Under the pieces are notes generated by a model that searched no databases, was not told where the DNA came from, and was given only the letters and a program-made list of their open reading frames with translations. A DNA stretch of 56,621 bases, the filler included, from Catajapyx aquilonaris (taxonomy: Eukaryota), in NCBI GenBank assembly GCA_000934665.2. It is 2 parts of 2 records of this genome, joined end to end, with 100 filler letters (N's around TTAATTAATTAA, not from the genome) between each part and the next. Parts side by side here need not be neighbours in the genome. Positions count along the whole stretch, not along the records: positions 1 to 28,260 come from JYFJ02004941.1; 1 more part is not named here. One strand, written 5' to 3'. Of this stretch, positions 1 to 12,547 are shown one piece after another (the stretch's first letter is position 1; each line of letters begins with the position of its first letter). A program made the position numbers and the translations under genes.

Positions 1-597
1 TCGTCTCTCAGGAAAACTGCTTATACCCTCGGAATCAGGATTTTTTGCCCGATTTTTAGAATTCAACTTGTATTTTGAGTGGAGTGTCCCTTTAAAGGCA
101 GATTTCGTTTCGAAATTTTTTTATACGCTTATTTTAAATAATGGGGAAACAGTTTGAAGGTTACAATTAGTAATTGACGATGTCCTTTTCCTCTTGTGAA
201 TGTTTGTTCTAATCGTACCAATGCATTTAAAGAGTTAGTGTGGGTGTCAGAAATTGGGGACTGAAATCTGTCATTTGCCAACTGATGACACCCTCAGAAA
301 TAGTGTTTATTTACATTCGAATTATTGTTACATTTACAATTGTATTGTAATAGTTTTATGATTATGAAAAGGATCTAAAGGAACATTCGATGAATAGCCT
401 TTTCAGTCGTTTACTATGATAGGATCCAATATATTACTGACACCCTCTGTCATAAATAAGATGTTCGGCTGTCATGATTTGGTATTTCATGCATTTTCCA
501 GACATATTGACATTTTTTGGACTTTTATTTCTAACTTAACTTTTTGCTGATGCACAGATAATCCACAACACGGATAATACGGAGTGCAATGTACATA

Positions 598-1184
598 CAG
601 TAAAACTTCCATAAGTCGAACTTCCCTACGTCGAAGTTCTCTATAATTCGAATAAAATTATGAGCTTGGTTGGTCACATGTAAAAGAATAGGAAATAAAC
701 TTCCCTAACTCGAATTTCTATAACTCGAAGTTCCCATAACTCGAAGTGTAGGCAGGGCCTCATGATGGGATATCAATGCATTTTCAGTCTCCCTAAGTCG
801 AAGTTCATGTTGGCGAGTACGGAAAACCTTCTCATTTCCCAGCCGAATGGTAGATAGTATAGGCTACAAGAACAGAAAGGCTCGATTTCCTTATCTCCGT
901 CTACCAGACGTACCGAAAGATATGTTTGACTCGATTGTGACAATTTAATCCTTGAATCTAAGAGTAGGCAAATGTCCATCAGGGACATTTTTTTACAACA
1001 AAACAACGAGGAACATTGTAAGTGTGATAGCGAGTTATTTTTAAGATTTCAACACCTTTTGTCGGATATAAAGGTAGGCTTCCTTATAGAGTGATGTGTT
1101 TAAAAAATTCCAAACTTCTCTAACTCGAATCTTCTATAACTCAAAGTTTTTTTCCGGTCCCATGGACTTATAGAAGTTTGACTG
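598..1184. mobile_element. pogo/Tigger-like MITE
   Basis: TA|CAGTAAAACTTCCATAAGTC ... GACTTATAGAAGTTTGACTG|TA, with repeated subterminal TAACTCGAA motifs. Confidence 0.85.
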
Positions 1185-2082
1185 TACTCTTCAGAAAGAG
1201 GCATAAAATCATCAGTGATAGAGTGAGCCAGACTCGGACAAAATCCAGAACCGCCATCATACCGGAATAACTGGTTTTCACAATAAAAATAACAATTTAA
1301 AAATTCAGAAAGAAAAAATAGGTGTCAAAAAATGGGCAAAAACTGGTGCCACAAATTGGGCTGAAGGTGTCACAAAAGGGTCAAGATGCTACATGATAGC
1401 AAAATTCACTTTGTGCTGTATTCAATATACATTAAGGAAGGTAAAACACAGATTCAGGTAGAGCACCAAATGGACTATCCAGACAAATCTGTAACATTCT
1501 TTTTTTCATTTGGGTGTTATGTGCAGAACCCAAAATCCGCATTTTTTTCCTTAAGATGGTATATAAATTGGTAGGATTACATTATATGTTTCATGTAGAT
1601 ACAGAAAAAAACTAAATAACATACGGTATTTAACATTATGGAAAAATTTATCACATTGGAGCTGGCTTGATATGCAGACAAACTTGGATCTAGCTGCTTT
1701 TGCCTGAAACAAACTAATTTCATGGTATGGATTTAGCTGTTTTTGCTTAGGACACGCATATTTGGAGCCATTTTACACCCATTTCTGTGGCTGTGCTACA
1801 CCATATTTCGGCACTAGGTAGAGGGCAACACGGAGAATCCAATACCACTTCAAACTCATTTTTTTCCCACGGTCGGATATAGCTAATTTTGTGGGAGCTC
1901 GTCACATTATGATCGAGTACGAATTTACGTTTTGAAGGAAAAAAAAAGAGTAGGCAGACTTTTGAAACCCTACCTTCCAAGAAGGCAGTTTTTTTCGGTG
2001 GGTATATCTAAAAAAGCTGGGCGTAAATCACAAAACCGCGCAAATGGTGTTCTTGGGGGACGTAATTACCCCCCTCCACCGT

Positions 2083-3330
2083 TTTTCGTCATGATCTGAC
2101 AACCCGAGGGTCAGGGGGCTCGGTGAATTGACATGGAATGACCCCTAGGCAATGTGTGAATGTGTGAGAAATGAGTAACGCAATGTCAGTTCCTATTGAA
2201 TTTTCTGAACATTTTCCCAATAAGAAATGAGAAGAAAAAATCATAGTTCTAAAATATTGACAAAAATAATGACAAACAGCCAATGAGAACATTGGGATTC
2301 ATTTGCTGCTACAGAAGCAGAACGGATGAAAGCTGAAAATCTAAATGCCACTTAATGGATCACTCACGTAGTGCTCTATCCTCAAAACAATGTTTTTTAC
2401 ATTCATTTGTGGAATTCGTGGTAGGCCTATCAATTCGTCTCAGAAGACAATAAATGATAAATTGCAATTATTTTTCAAGGCCAAAACTTCAGGAATGGGG
2501 ATTGCTCCTTCTCTTCTTACCTGCTGGCAAGGTACAGTCCCGCTCATAGAGAATGGTGCGACTCTATGGACCAAATGTTTATCCTGATTATCGAGCATGG
2601 TTCCCAACCTTAATTCGACAAAACCCTATGGACAACCTTTTCTGGACCTCGAGTGACTCGTATGACCCATCCCGATTTTTAAATAAAAATTTTAATGACC
2701 AAAATGTTCAACCCGGTGCAATGCTTACGTAGATTTGATGTGAATTTCCCCCCTAAAATTTCCCCACTTAGCTTTGTTTTTCTCTTCTCTTTTTTATTGT
2801 ATTTTGATTCCCTTTTCCCGGACTTCCTCGTGACCCCTAAAAACATGCTGGCGACCCAGGGGTTGGGAACAGAATAAACATTTCGTCCATATACAGGGTG
2901 TTCCAACTTCAAGTGTCGTTTTATAACGGCTATTTATAGAAGCGCTTTACGATTATCGTAGCAGCCACGTGTAAAATGGCCCACTTCGGCGCCATCGAAA
3001 ATATTAGCTGCCAATAGCAGCACATATGTAATGAACCCTGTGCAACCCCATGCGGCACCAATGCCAATCTGGTGCCTTGGACGTCACCCATTTCACCCAG
3101 ATGCATCTCAGGTCATGTGTGCACCTCCTTTTTTCCAGGTCAACCCAGCAGCAGGGTTGATTACATGTGTGCTGCTATTGGCAGCTAATATTTTCGATGG
3201 CGCCGAAGTGGGACATTTTACACGTTGCTGCTACGTCATCGCAAAATCACTGCTATTAATCGCCATTATAAAACGACACTTGAAGTTGGACTACCCTGTA
3301 GAATCGTACCATTCTTTATGAACGGTACTG
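2083..3330. repeat. Composite dispersed repeat; shorter paralogue at 25600-25892; segment ~2170-2420 has an inverted homologue at ~19520-19770
   Basis: Near-identical blocks ttttcgtcatgatctgacaaccc...gaatgaccc and aatgaccaaaatgttcaacc...tttatgaacgg occur at both loci. Confidence 0.8.
2894..3298. mobile_element. Tc1/mariner-type MITE, copy 1
   Basis: TA|CAGGGTG...ACCCTG|TA with long imperfect TIRs; second copy at 16579-16993. Confidence 0.9.
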
Positions 3331-4863
3331 TACCTCCCTTTTCTAAGTTTTAAAACTAAACTGTAGTGCAAAGTACACTTCCTTGTGGGTGTATAGGTAC
3401 ATGCACTTAAAGAAAAATTACAGCCCATTCAGTGGATTTTTTTCCCCCTGGATGTCCATTTAAATGGACATTTTGTCTCAGAAGGACATGAAAATTACCA
3501 GTTCTCTACAGCAACAAAGATTGTCACAGACACTTCTCTTTGAATTTCTAATACAATTCCTTGTGAATCCCAGGGCATTCGCTGCATTGACGAAAATCAC
3601 ACTATAAATAAGAGTAAAAAAATAAAACTTATCAGATGAGCGCCTAGCTTCGGCAGCGGCATCTGCCATTTTCATGACTGATTTAATTTTGGTGGCCAAA
3701 GTCAGATATTCGACACTAGGTGGCTACACCTATTGAGGCCAGATTTTAATCATGAGATACCAACAGATTACAGTTCTGTTGGCATCACTAGTTGGCGCCA
3801 AATTATTTTTTGCTGATGTCGACATATGACGACATCAGGTCTCAGGAGGATATGGAAATTGACCACGGTGCAGAACTCCATCAATATCAATATATAAAAC
3901 TTCATAGGGAGGTTCAGATTGTATGATAATCCAGATAATTGAGACTTGACTGTAATTTGCAAATATTATGCAGGAACTACCCAGTTGGACTCTTTTTGTC
4001 AGTTTCTCCAAGGATTCCTTACTTACAAATAAGTAAATAATACCTGGTTTCTCTCACACAAACACGGTAACTCATTGCAACAATTAATTATTTTTCTTTC
4101 CACTTGAAACATGTATACTGCATGGCAACGACAAAGGTGTAAACTAACCTTAAAATAGACCAATTGCAGATACACATGTGCTGAAAGTGCACTTCAAGGA
4201 GTACAACTGGAGCCCACCAGACCAACTACGATGCATCAGCTGGATCTGCATTTGCAATGACACTCACATTTTGGACACACCTGTGTTGGACCCTTACAAG
4301 GAGAAATCTCTGGTTTCAAATAGTGAAGAACACCAGGAATTTTTCGTCATTAACTTCAACCTATGCTAGTGACCCTTACAAATTTTATTCCCCAGAAAAT
4401 TCTTCAGACTGCTCAATGGAATAGCTGAACATCAGTTCACAGTGGAACATATTGCAAGTCAAGTGGCGTTTACATGTGAGTGATTTGACAAGCGAAGTCA
4501 TCGCCAAGTGGAGCAAATTTAACAAAAGTAGTGATTTGGGCCAAAAGTAGCAATTGCGTTTAAGAAAGGAGGTCTGTTTGATGTAGACGCTTACAATGGA
4601 ATTGCTGCATATCCATGGTGCCATACACAAATCGAACAGCACACCATGGCATATTCGGGTGGCAGTACTGTGACGGCAAGTGATGACAAGAAGGCACTCG
4701 ACTGTTTACGTTCGATAGTGTTCGATTCAACATGGAGTCCAAAATTCGAGCCATAAACAACCTGATTGTCTTTTGTCTCCTTCCCACTGTCCTTTGCGCT
4801 GGTGTCGTTGGCATGCCGAAGCAATGCACTTCGCTGGCTTGTAAACACACTCGCGATGTTTAA

Positions 4864-6004
4864 GGTGGTTGGGTAGGCATGGCCCCATCCAAGGAGTTCA
4901 TGAAAGTTGCACGATTTACAGAAAAAAGTGTGCTCTTTAAAATAAACCCATAAAAAAGGGTACTTACCGTTCAATTTATTGAACCACTGACACCTAAACG
5001 TAGCAAATTTTATCATTGGCCTTATGGAAAAACGGCAAGAAACAGCAAAAAAAGGCCAAAAATCTTACTTCAAAATCCTAACATATGTACATAAAACTAT
5101 TCTCTTGAAAGCTTGAACTGTGTAGAGTTAATTAGCTGCAGAAAATCGCAATGTTACCGGCTCCGTTCAGCAGTAATTATCAATTAACTGGGCGTAGTGT
5201 GGTAGCGGGATGTACGAAGCGGCAACGCCGCACCGGTGGAGGGGGTGCCGTATCGATATCGTATCCCTTGGTCCACGCATGTTCTTGAAATGTGCATTTC
5301 CTGCAAGTCCAGGAACTGTCCAGCGAACTGTCCAAATTGCAGCCAGAGTTTTCCCTCTCTATGTCACGAAAACACAGGCCTCGTTCGCACAATCTACACC
5401 ACATGCCGTCACTGACAACACACAGGATGTCAATAATCCGGCGACCCTCCACGACGCGCACACTTGTTGCCATCAGGAAGGGATGACGAGGTTTTTGGGC
5501 AACATTTCCTGGGTCCCACCTCGCCTTGGTCGCTTTCGTTGCTTTTGCAGGGATACTTTGCTTTGTAAAACGACCGGTCCGCTGGGTCCAGCTTAAGACG
5601 GGGGCTGCCATTTTGGAAGGGATTGCACTGTTGCCGGACCTCACTACCAACCTAGGCACAAAAACGTGCCGGAACATATATATTGGTGCCCTGGACATAT
5701 TTGTTGTATTCGGTTCGTACGTTCAATTGAGTGTCCATTTCGTGATACTAAGGCCTTTTTAGATCATGTCAAACATAACGGCCACAAGGTAATCAAGGTT
5801 GGCAAGCCTGCAGGCAGCTCCCTGAACCATGACACTTTCTACGCCAAAAAAATATATTATGCAGTGTACACCTAAAAATCAGTGCAGTTTCCGACATTAT
5901 AAGTAGGCGTGTAAGTAGGGACCCCTTGTTCCGAATTTTAAGTTCAACTTGTGGAATGTTTTTTACAGGCTCTGATTTGACTTCAGATTCACTACCCAAC
6001 CACC
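4864..6004 (-). mobile_element. Kolobok-type DNA transposon, internally deleted
   Basis: TTAA|GGTGGTTGGGTAG ... CTACCCAACCACC|TTAA: perfect 13-bp TIR, purine-purine termini and TTAA TSD. Confidence 0.85.
5180..5611 (-). pseudogene. Truncated N-terminal remnant of a Kolobok/Mutator-like transposase
   Basis: MAAPV...RTGRFTK...VEGRRIIDI...WCRLC...RDIERE...CRKC resembles the recalled EGRRIVD..CxxC...CxxC N-terminus; lies inside the Kolobok TIRs; no catalytic domain visible. Confidence 0.65.
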
Positions 6005-6212
6005 TTAAGTGGTATCGCATGCATCATGACGTCAGAACAGCTACAACTCACTTCGCTCGCCGATGACTTTGCTCCGCTTAGCTCATCAAATCGCTCGCAT
6101 GTAAACGCACCTTCGGTTTGGACCACCACACAACAAGTGGAAGTCATGGATACAACCCTGCTGCGACTTTCCCTTTTATAAGTGCGAGGATTCACTATAT
6201 CCACACTTGTCA

Positions 6213-6335
6213 CTAGCAGCTAGATGGCAGGGCGGTGATTCTCTCAACAACTGAATCCAACGTGCTCTGCAGTTCAGCCATTGGTGCAGAGAGTGAGTCA
6301 GGCAAGTTCCCAGTGATTAAGTCCTGCTGACTTGC
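6213..6335 (-). CDS. TTC27: TTC27-like terminal coding exon with stop codon
   Basis: attacag| after a 67-nt intron. ASQQDLITGNLPDSLSAPMAELQSTLDSVVERITALPSSC*. Confidence 0.82.
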   Translation of the reverse strand, partial: ASQQDLITGNLPDSLSAPMAELQSTLDSVVERITALPSSC

Positions 6336-6402
6336 CTGTAATCAGAATATATGATTAAAGATTGTTAACATATGTAACAAATGTGGTTACATTATTGCTT
6401 AC

Positions 6403-6503
6403 ATTGATCTTGGTGATGACACTCCTAAGGGCCAGCTTGGCTGAAGTAAGAGTTTGCAGTTTCATTTCCCTCGGCAGGTCTTTTTCAGCAAACAGAATGT
6501 ATG
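6403..6503 (-). CDS. TTC27: TTC27-like penultimate coding exon
   Basis: ttgcag|...|gtaagc. (T)YILFAEK...LTSAKLALRSVITKIN resembles the family's SA(K/R)L.L C-terminal block; phase consistent. Confidence 0.85.
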
Positions 6504-8522
6504 CTGCAACAAAATAAGGTATAAATGACACCAAGTTCATGACTTGGAGAAAAGAAAAGAAATCACAATAGAATACCTGCAAAAAACACCACTTACCCCT
6601 CAATACAATAAGGTGAAAATTAATTTTACTGAACATTGCATTTGGATGTTACAAAAATACACATTAGAGAGACTACTCATACAGCTCGAAATTCAGTAGA
6701 ATGAGGGAAATGCACCCACCCTGTAAAATCACCTAGATTGTAATGCTTACTGCAGATTACTGCATACGAAGATGCATCTTCCCCAGTTCTAAATTCTGCT
6801 TGTCGTAATACAACAGAAAGGGTACAACCAAAATCGTTGTTAATGTCCACTGCACCAAGTTGTCTAAATTAAACTTCCCATATCACAGCCAAAAAAATGG
6901 TTTACTAATAAATAATAAGCAGAGAATATGCTAATTCTGTCTGTTTCATTTAGAAATTGACTCTCTCATGAAAATGAGGCGGGAACAATCACTACTACAC
7001 ACTGCAATAGTGGCATTAAGATTCATTGGCAATGAAAAAGTAACATATCACATGATGTATAGACAAAGGCATTTTTTCTAAAGAGAACACTGACAGCCAC
7101 ACTGGTCACATGTTCCAAGTCAGCTAATCCTGATAGTGGATGCTGAAATTTCTGCTCCTCTGTGATTGATTTAATAATAAGTGGCCCAGTATATATTTTG
7201 CCTCAGCTTTTGAAACTACAGTACTTTTATTCAGTTGAATAACCTTGGCATTTGTGTTTAAAGATGCATCAAATTCAAAATTATTGTGGGCTCAACTACA
7301 CAATTACCAAGAGCTATCTTCCAGCACACGCTACCAAAATTGGTACCTTCAGCAAGAATAAATGATAATATTTGACATTTCCAACCCAAAGTGGTCCTGA
7401 AACCCCCTGATTCACAGAGAGCACAGAAACTGATGTTAGCTTGATGTAGTGCATTATGGTACAGTTGATTTAGAGTTGCATTTATTCAGGTTACAACATT
7501 TTGGGACCCTCCTAATGGAGCGCCGATTCTCCCAATGGGGTATAAAAAACAAACAAACAAAACAAACTTCGTGGAACTGGTGTACAGGGTCCCGCTGGAA
7601 CCAGTCTGGAACCAGGTTCCAGGATCTGGTGTACACTTTTTTGGGGAGTTGTTACCCCCTTGGATAACACCTAAAATTAAAATTAAAAAGGTAAGGTCGC
7701 ATGGAGGGAAGCATACCTGCCAGGATATTCTATATCTTGTGTTTGACACCCATTACCTCAGTAACTATGCTTTGGATACCCACAATATGTTTACTTAAAA
7801 TGATCGCCTAGAACCCTTCTACTATTATACCCCCCAAAGCAACGATGAGTTAAATTTCCACACCCTGTATATGTATGGTGTATGGTTTGGCCCTCTCATG
7901 GAATATTAATAAGACTGGGAAACATTGAGGGCTGAGGGTCGAGAGGAAGAAACACACACCATCTGTGCCTCTTTTGGCATGCTGATACCCTCAGAGTTGC
8001 AACAAATGCCAGCCAGAATGGGATGCCATTCAGTTTCCTGGACTGTGCAGTTCATTACAATTCCTTCCATTTAAAACTGACAACAATCCTGTAGCATATA
8101 GTTTTGGGTGGGATGTTTTAAACAAGTTTGGGTGAAGCCCTTAATGAAGCAATCAGGAACTCGAGCCCATCAGCTATTTTGTGAGTGATTTTTTTTTTTC
8201 TCTCTCTGGGGAGGAAAAATACTCGTTTTTCTTCACATCAGTAATATTGAAAACGTAACACAAAAAAATGCATTACTTTCCCGCACAAATATTTGCGCCT
8301 GCTGCAATATATATTTTAAATGTTGCACCCAACCATTAAGTGTTGAGTCAAACAAAACATAATCTTATTGGCCTAATAAAATAATATTAATAAAACAATC
8401 AAATATGGTATTCTCTCTAATGGTAGTTACAGTGCAACATTCATCATTTTTCATATATGACTATACTTTTATCACTATTTTGAACAGAAGTGGTTTTCCT
8501 TGCTGATGTAAATTCAACATAC

Positions 8523-8718
8523 TGTCTGCCATCTTCTTGCAGAGCTGCATCACCCGTTCACAGGATTTTGCTTCTTTATCCCAACCAATATCTTGAACTG
8601 CGCATCTGTAGGCTCTTTGCAAGAATTGAAGACATTTTGATAGGGTGGTTTCAGTTATCTCCGCCTTTCCTTGTGTCAATTCCGCATACAAAAGCCAAAC
8701 TTCAGGACTGTTTGTAAC
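8523..8718 (-). CDS. TTC27: TTC27-like coding exon
   Basis: ttccag|...|gtatgt. VTNSPEVWLLYAEL...LQRAYRC...KKMAD. Confidence 0.92.
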
Positions 8719-8813
8719 CTGGAATTTCAAAGTTAGAGTTAACCCACCATTACACCATCATATGAATAAAGAAAAATAAGCATAAATGGCCAAATGCATC
8801 CAACAGTGTTTAC

Positions 8814-9146
8814 CTGAGCTGTGATTGCCCCAAACAACTGGAGTGCTGCGGGTCTCAACCGTCCAGCTAACATTCCCACACAATCATGCACGTTTTCTTC
8901 AATAGCCTGCACCAAAATTTTGAGAACATCCAAATTGACATGCTTCTCCTTCAACGTCAAAATCTGGTGGTAGGCAAAGATAACCTTCTCAAAGTCCCCA
9001 CAATCTGTAGCCACCATCATCAGGTTGTCCCACACCTTCCAGTTCTCATAGTTAAGTTTAACTGCCTCCTTCAGTGATCTTAGGGCCCGATCCTTCTGGT
9101 GAAGCTTCACATATACATTTGCCAGGTTGTTCCATGCCTCAAAGTT
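8814..9146 (-). CDS. TTC27: TTC27-like coding exon (TPR region)
   Basis: ttacag|...|gtaaac. NFEAWNNLANVY...NYENWKVWDNLM...LFGAITAQ. Confidence 0.95.
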
Positions 9147-10469
9147 CTGTAAACCAAGAACCAAAATTGAGTCAGAATATGAAGGGAAAACAGGACAAAT
9201 TAACATAGGACCCAGAATAATATTATTTCATTATGTTAACAAGATACTAGTACTATTGCAGGGCTGACCAGCACTTGGGGAGAGAACAATACGGAGTGCT
9301 TATTATCACACGGGAAAGGGCCATGGTGTAACAAAATGGTGGTTTATAAAAATCACACAAAAATTGTGCAATCTGTGTTTCTAAGAATTGAAAGGTAGCC
9401 CCAGGGTGAAGTCAAAGTTGGGAAAAAATTCTCGTTTGCAGCAAGGGACTCTTGCTGGAAGGGGACAGAGGTTAATTAGTAGGCATTCAGATCATAACTA
9501 CATGTGATGAATTTTAGGCCATTAACACTAACATATTAGATGGGTGGTTTTTTCGAGCTTTTGCAAGCATCTCCAAAAAAATCGCTTGCTTAGTCATTTT
9601 CGGGACCACGCGTGACAAATATACCGAGTACCATTGCATTGTGTCAAGGCTTGTTCTTGAGGCCATCAGATGGACCCTCTGGTCAGACCACGAGGAGATT
9701 TAAATTCTTAAAGTGCAAGAGATGGCGCAGTTGGTGCGTTTCGCGGCTACTAATTTTTTTCCTTTTTCTTTTTGTCAGTCTTCCGCTCTGACCAGAAGTA
9801 TTTGGTCCTGTCGCCCTGGCGCTACTAAACAGACCAGTATGCATGAATAATACGTCACACGAAGGGCATCAGAGTAAGAGGGAATAACATACACCCCCAC
9901 CTGAGTAAACAAAATGCCTCGTTCCACAGCTGTTCAAAGGCCCCACCGGGCATGCGCCTCTCCATCTTGGCGAAGGCTGGGCGGGAGTTGGGCAGTGGCC
10001 TGCCAGCCGCTAATTGGCATTTACGAACATTATTTATTTATTTTAAAACTATTGAATTATCTTTTGCACTAATTTTAGGATGGAATCTCTTGAGGAAGTT
10101 TGGGGGCAACTCTGTATGCCAATTTGCCGTCCAAGGTCATACCCTTTTTTTTAGAGACGTGGTTTTTTCAGAGGCCGCAAAATGCTGACGTCGCGCAAAT
10201 TTAGGTCCTATCTGGAAAATGAATATATGATTTTATAGTCATAAAATCGCGACTTTTTTTTGTCACGGAAAAATGTACAAGCTACTCAGAAACCACATTA
10301 CATGGCTGGAAAATGCTATAGTTTTGCCAGCAGAACTTTTCAAAGTTGCAGTTACATATATGTAACGTCCGTCCTATTAGGGTTAAATGAAGTTATTTTG
10401 CTATTTTAATCTGTTTTGGTATTGGGCTGGGACTAGTTCCTTGAAATTGTTTATACATGGGTTACATAA

Positions 10470-11088
10470 TGTGTGGAGGGCTCGGGAGAAAAACGTGATA
10501 ATCGCCAGTGAAAAATGCAAAATGTTCTCGGCTCGCTTTTTTCCCACAGAAACAAATGAAGCACAGGGGGTCTCCTTTTGTGGGTAGGGGTGGAGTACCT
10601 TCATGAGTATTTGCGAATATTTTCCCGCCTGCAGAGAGCACCAGTTGCTACCAGTCAGCCTGTGAGCCCACTGCCGCATGCCGGTTAACATGTTTTACTC
10701 CTGAGACGTCCAATTTGTGCCAAAGCTAGCTACCAACGGAGCTGCAAGTCTCACAGGACATTCTGGACTCCTCAATCGGTGACCCCTGACTTCCTGCACA
10801 TTGTGATGACTAGTTACGAGTCGTAGGTCGCACCCTGTTCAAGTCGTTCCGTCATTTTCGCGGGGAATGAAAATTCAACAGCGGCCGAGTGCCCTCAGTC
10901 ACTCACAGGCTGACTGCCAACGACTGACTCTCTCTGCAGGTGGGAAAAAATTCACGAATACTCATGAAGGTACTCCCTACGAGACACACCTCCAGTGGTT
11001 TATTTGTTTCTGCGGGGGAAAATCAGGCCGAGAACTTTTTGCATTTTTCATTGGCGGTTATCACGTTTGTCTCCCGAGACCTTCATAT
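10470..11088. mobile_element. MITE with ~170-bp imperfect terminal inverted repeats
   Basis: ctcgggagaaaaacgtgataatcgccagtgaaaaatgc...ggagtaccttcatgagtatt is mirrored by aatactcatgaaggtactcc...gcatttttcattggcggttatcacgtttgtctcccgag. Confidence 0.8.
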
Positions 11089-11676
11089 AAGATGCCTTGC
11101 AGCAGTATAAATAACAACAACCAACCCTCAAAACTTGAAATATTTGTTTACAATACACCCTCCCAACAGATGACTTTTCAATGTCAACCAGTTTGAGACA
11201 AGCATCCTGCACCATATGCACCAAAGTGCCAATATACTGTAGGTACTTGTGAATGCCATGATAACAGTTGCTTGACAAGGGAGAGAATGATGTGGAAAGG
11301 CAGTTGATTCCTACCTTGAGCAAAGGTTGCCAGATGAAGTGCACTGAATCCCTTATTATCTATTTTCCACCACTTCTCAACTGACGGCACATCTACAGGG
11401 TGATTCTCCCGAATGGAAACCCAAACATTCCTCAATAACTTTTTAACTATGGTATGGTTCCCGAAGAAAATTGACATGTACTTACCTTGTATCATGCCAA
11501 ACAAGGACTGACTAAAGAATATACCAAAAGGGGTCCCCTCCAGCATCCATGAATTTTTAAATGCGAGTCTGCATATTGCCCAAGACTCCTGCAGATTGGC
11601 AGCGGGAATCGCATCAATCGACGCCCACCACTCGCCGCCGTAAGGTCCATCATACCCCAAACCGAATCGAACTGTT

Positions 11677-12547
11677 TTTTATTATTAATTTTTATTTGTT
11701 TTACCCCATGATAGGCCTACATGGGCCCTGTTGGGGGGTGGTACACCACCATCAATTTTTCTTGTGTTATTTTTCTTTTCCTCCAGTGCAAGGGGACAGG
11801 ATAGGGATAATGAGGGGGGGACACTGGTGCAGGTGCAATGTCTCAAGTTGGGGGGGGAGGTGTGGTGGCCGTGATGGTAACGTCACGGCTTGCTGAGTGA
11901 AAGGCCCCAGGTTCGATCCCCGCCTGGGGAACTTTCCTTTCACCTGCGTCAGGAGGGTCTCTGACCTGCACCAAGGAGGTGTCTGGCAACCTAACCTCCT
12001 GGTGGACAGCACATGACCCATTTGTAGACATTGCACTTGCACCTATGTTCCCTCCCCAAAAAATCCCTACCCCTACCCGACATCCTTGACTCCTTGCACC
12101 GGTGAATGAAGAAAAGTGTAAAAACACAGAGAAAACTGATGGTGGTGTGCCACCCCCCAAAGAGGCCTTTGATGCCTAGCACGGGGTATTAAAAAATTAA
12201 AAAAAAACAAAAATTAAAAAAAAAATTAAAAAAAATTAAATTAAAGTCTCAAGTTGGGGGTCTTGTGCAGTCCCTCAGGGGGCCCATTCGCCAAGACGAC
12301 TCCCTAGATGCGGGGCAGAAATCCCCCCACAGACACTGCACCTCCTCATGGATGGGACAAGTATAGGAAAGGAAGGAAGTAGCTGTGGCCTATTATTTAG
12401 GGAGCAATCCCGGAATTTTCCTGGGGGAACCGTGGGAAACAACAGAAAACCACGGTTAGGATTGCTGGCCCCAGGACTCAAACCCAGGACCTCCCGATTA
12501 GCTGTCGAACACCTTATCCACTCCACCACACTGCTTCGGTTAAAACT
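11677..12547 (-). mobile_element. tRNA-derived SINE, family B (interrupted by a family A SINE)
   Basis: Minus-strand head with A/B-box-like tggtggagtgg / ggtttgagtcc; core aggccacagctacttccttcc; A-rich tail; TSD aat(c/t)gaactgtt at 11665 and 12548. Confidence 0.75.
11855..12245 (+). mobile_element. tRNA-derived SINE, family A
   Basis: A box TGGCCGTGATGG, B box GGTTCGATCCC, A-rich tail, 15-bp TSD gtctcaagttggggg (11840, 12246); paralogue at 42372. Confidence 0.88.

Larger units (their letters stand above)
4463..6111. mobile_element. PIF/Harbinger-like non-autonomous element interrupted by a Kolobok element
   Basis: Inverted ends GCGTTTACATGTGAGTGATTTGA (4466) and TCAAATCGCTCGCATGTAAACGC (~6108). 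TSD not clear; superfamily inferred from terminus style. Confidence 0.55.

Noticed and set aside
600..760. Short periodic TAACTCGAA repeats, and the 31-kb array, as possible CRISPR arrays
   Set aside because: Eukaryotic context, degenerate repeats without unique spacers, no cas genes; these are transposon subterminal repeats.
3836..3960. Minus-strand peptide VLYIDIDGVL resembling a HAD motif I
   Set aside because: Short, followed soon by a stop, and begins in a Tigger-like terminus (tacagtcaagtctc); probably coincidence.
4591..5016. 141-aa ORF with a TTF-zinc-finger-like start (QWFNK...YPFLWVY...FCKSC)
   Set aside because: It straddles the Kolobok TIR/TTAA junction at 4860-4864, so it is a chance fusion of two elements.
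11859..11930. tRNA-like sequences here and at ~12470-12540, 16350-16420, 24823-24890 and 42377-42447
   Set aside because: They have A/B boxes but no proper cloverleaf and continue into SINE bodies, most with tails and TSDs; they are SINE heads, not tRNA genes.
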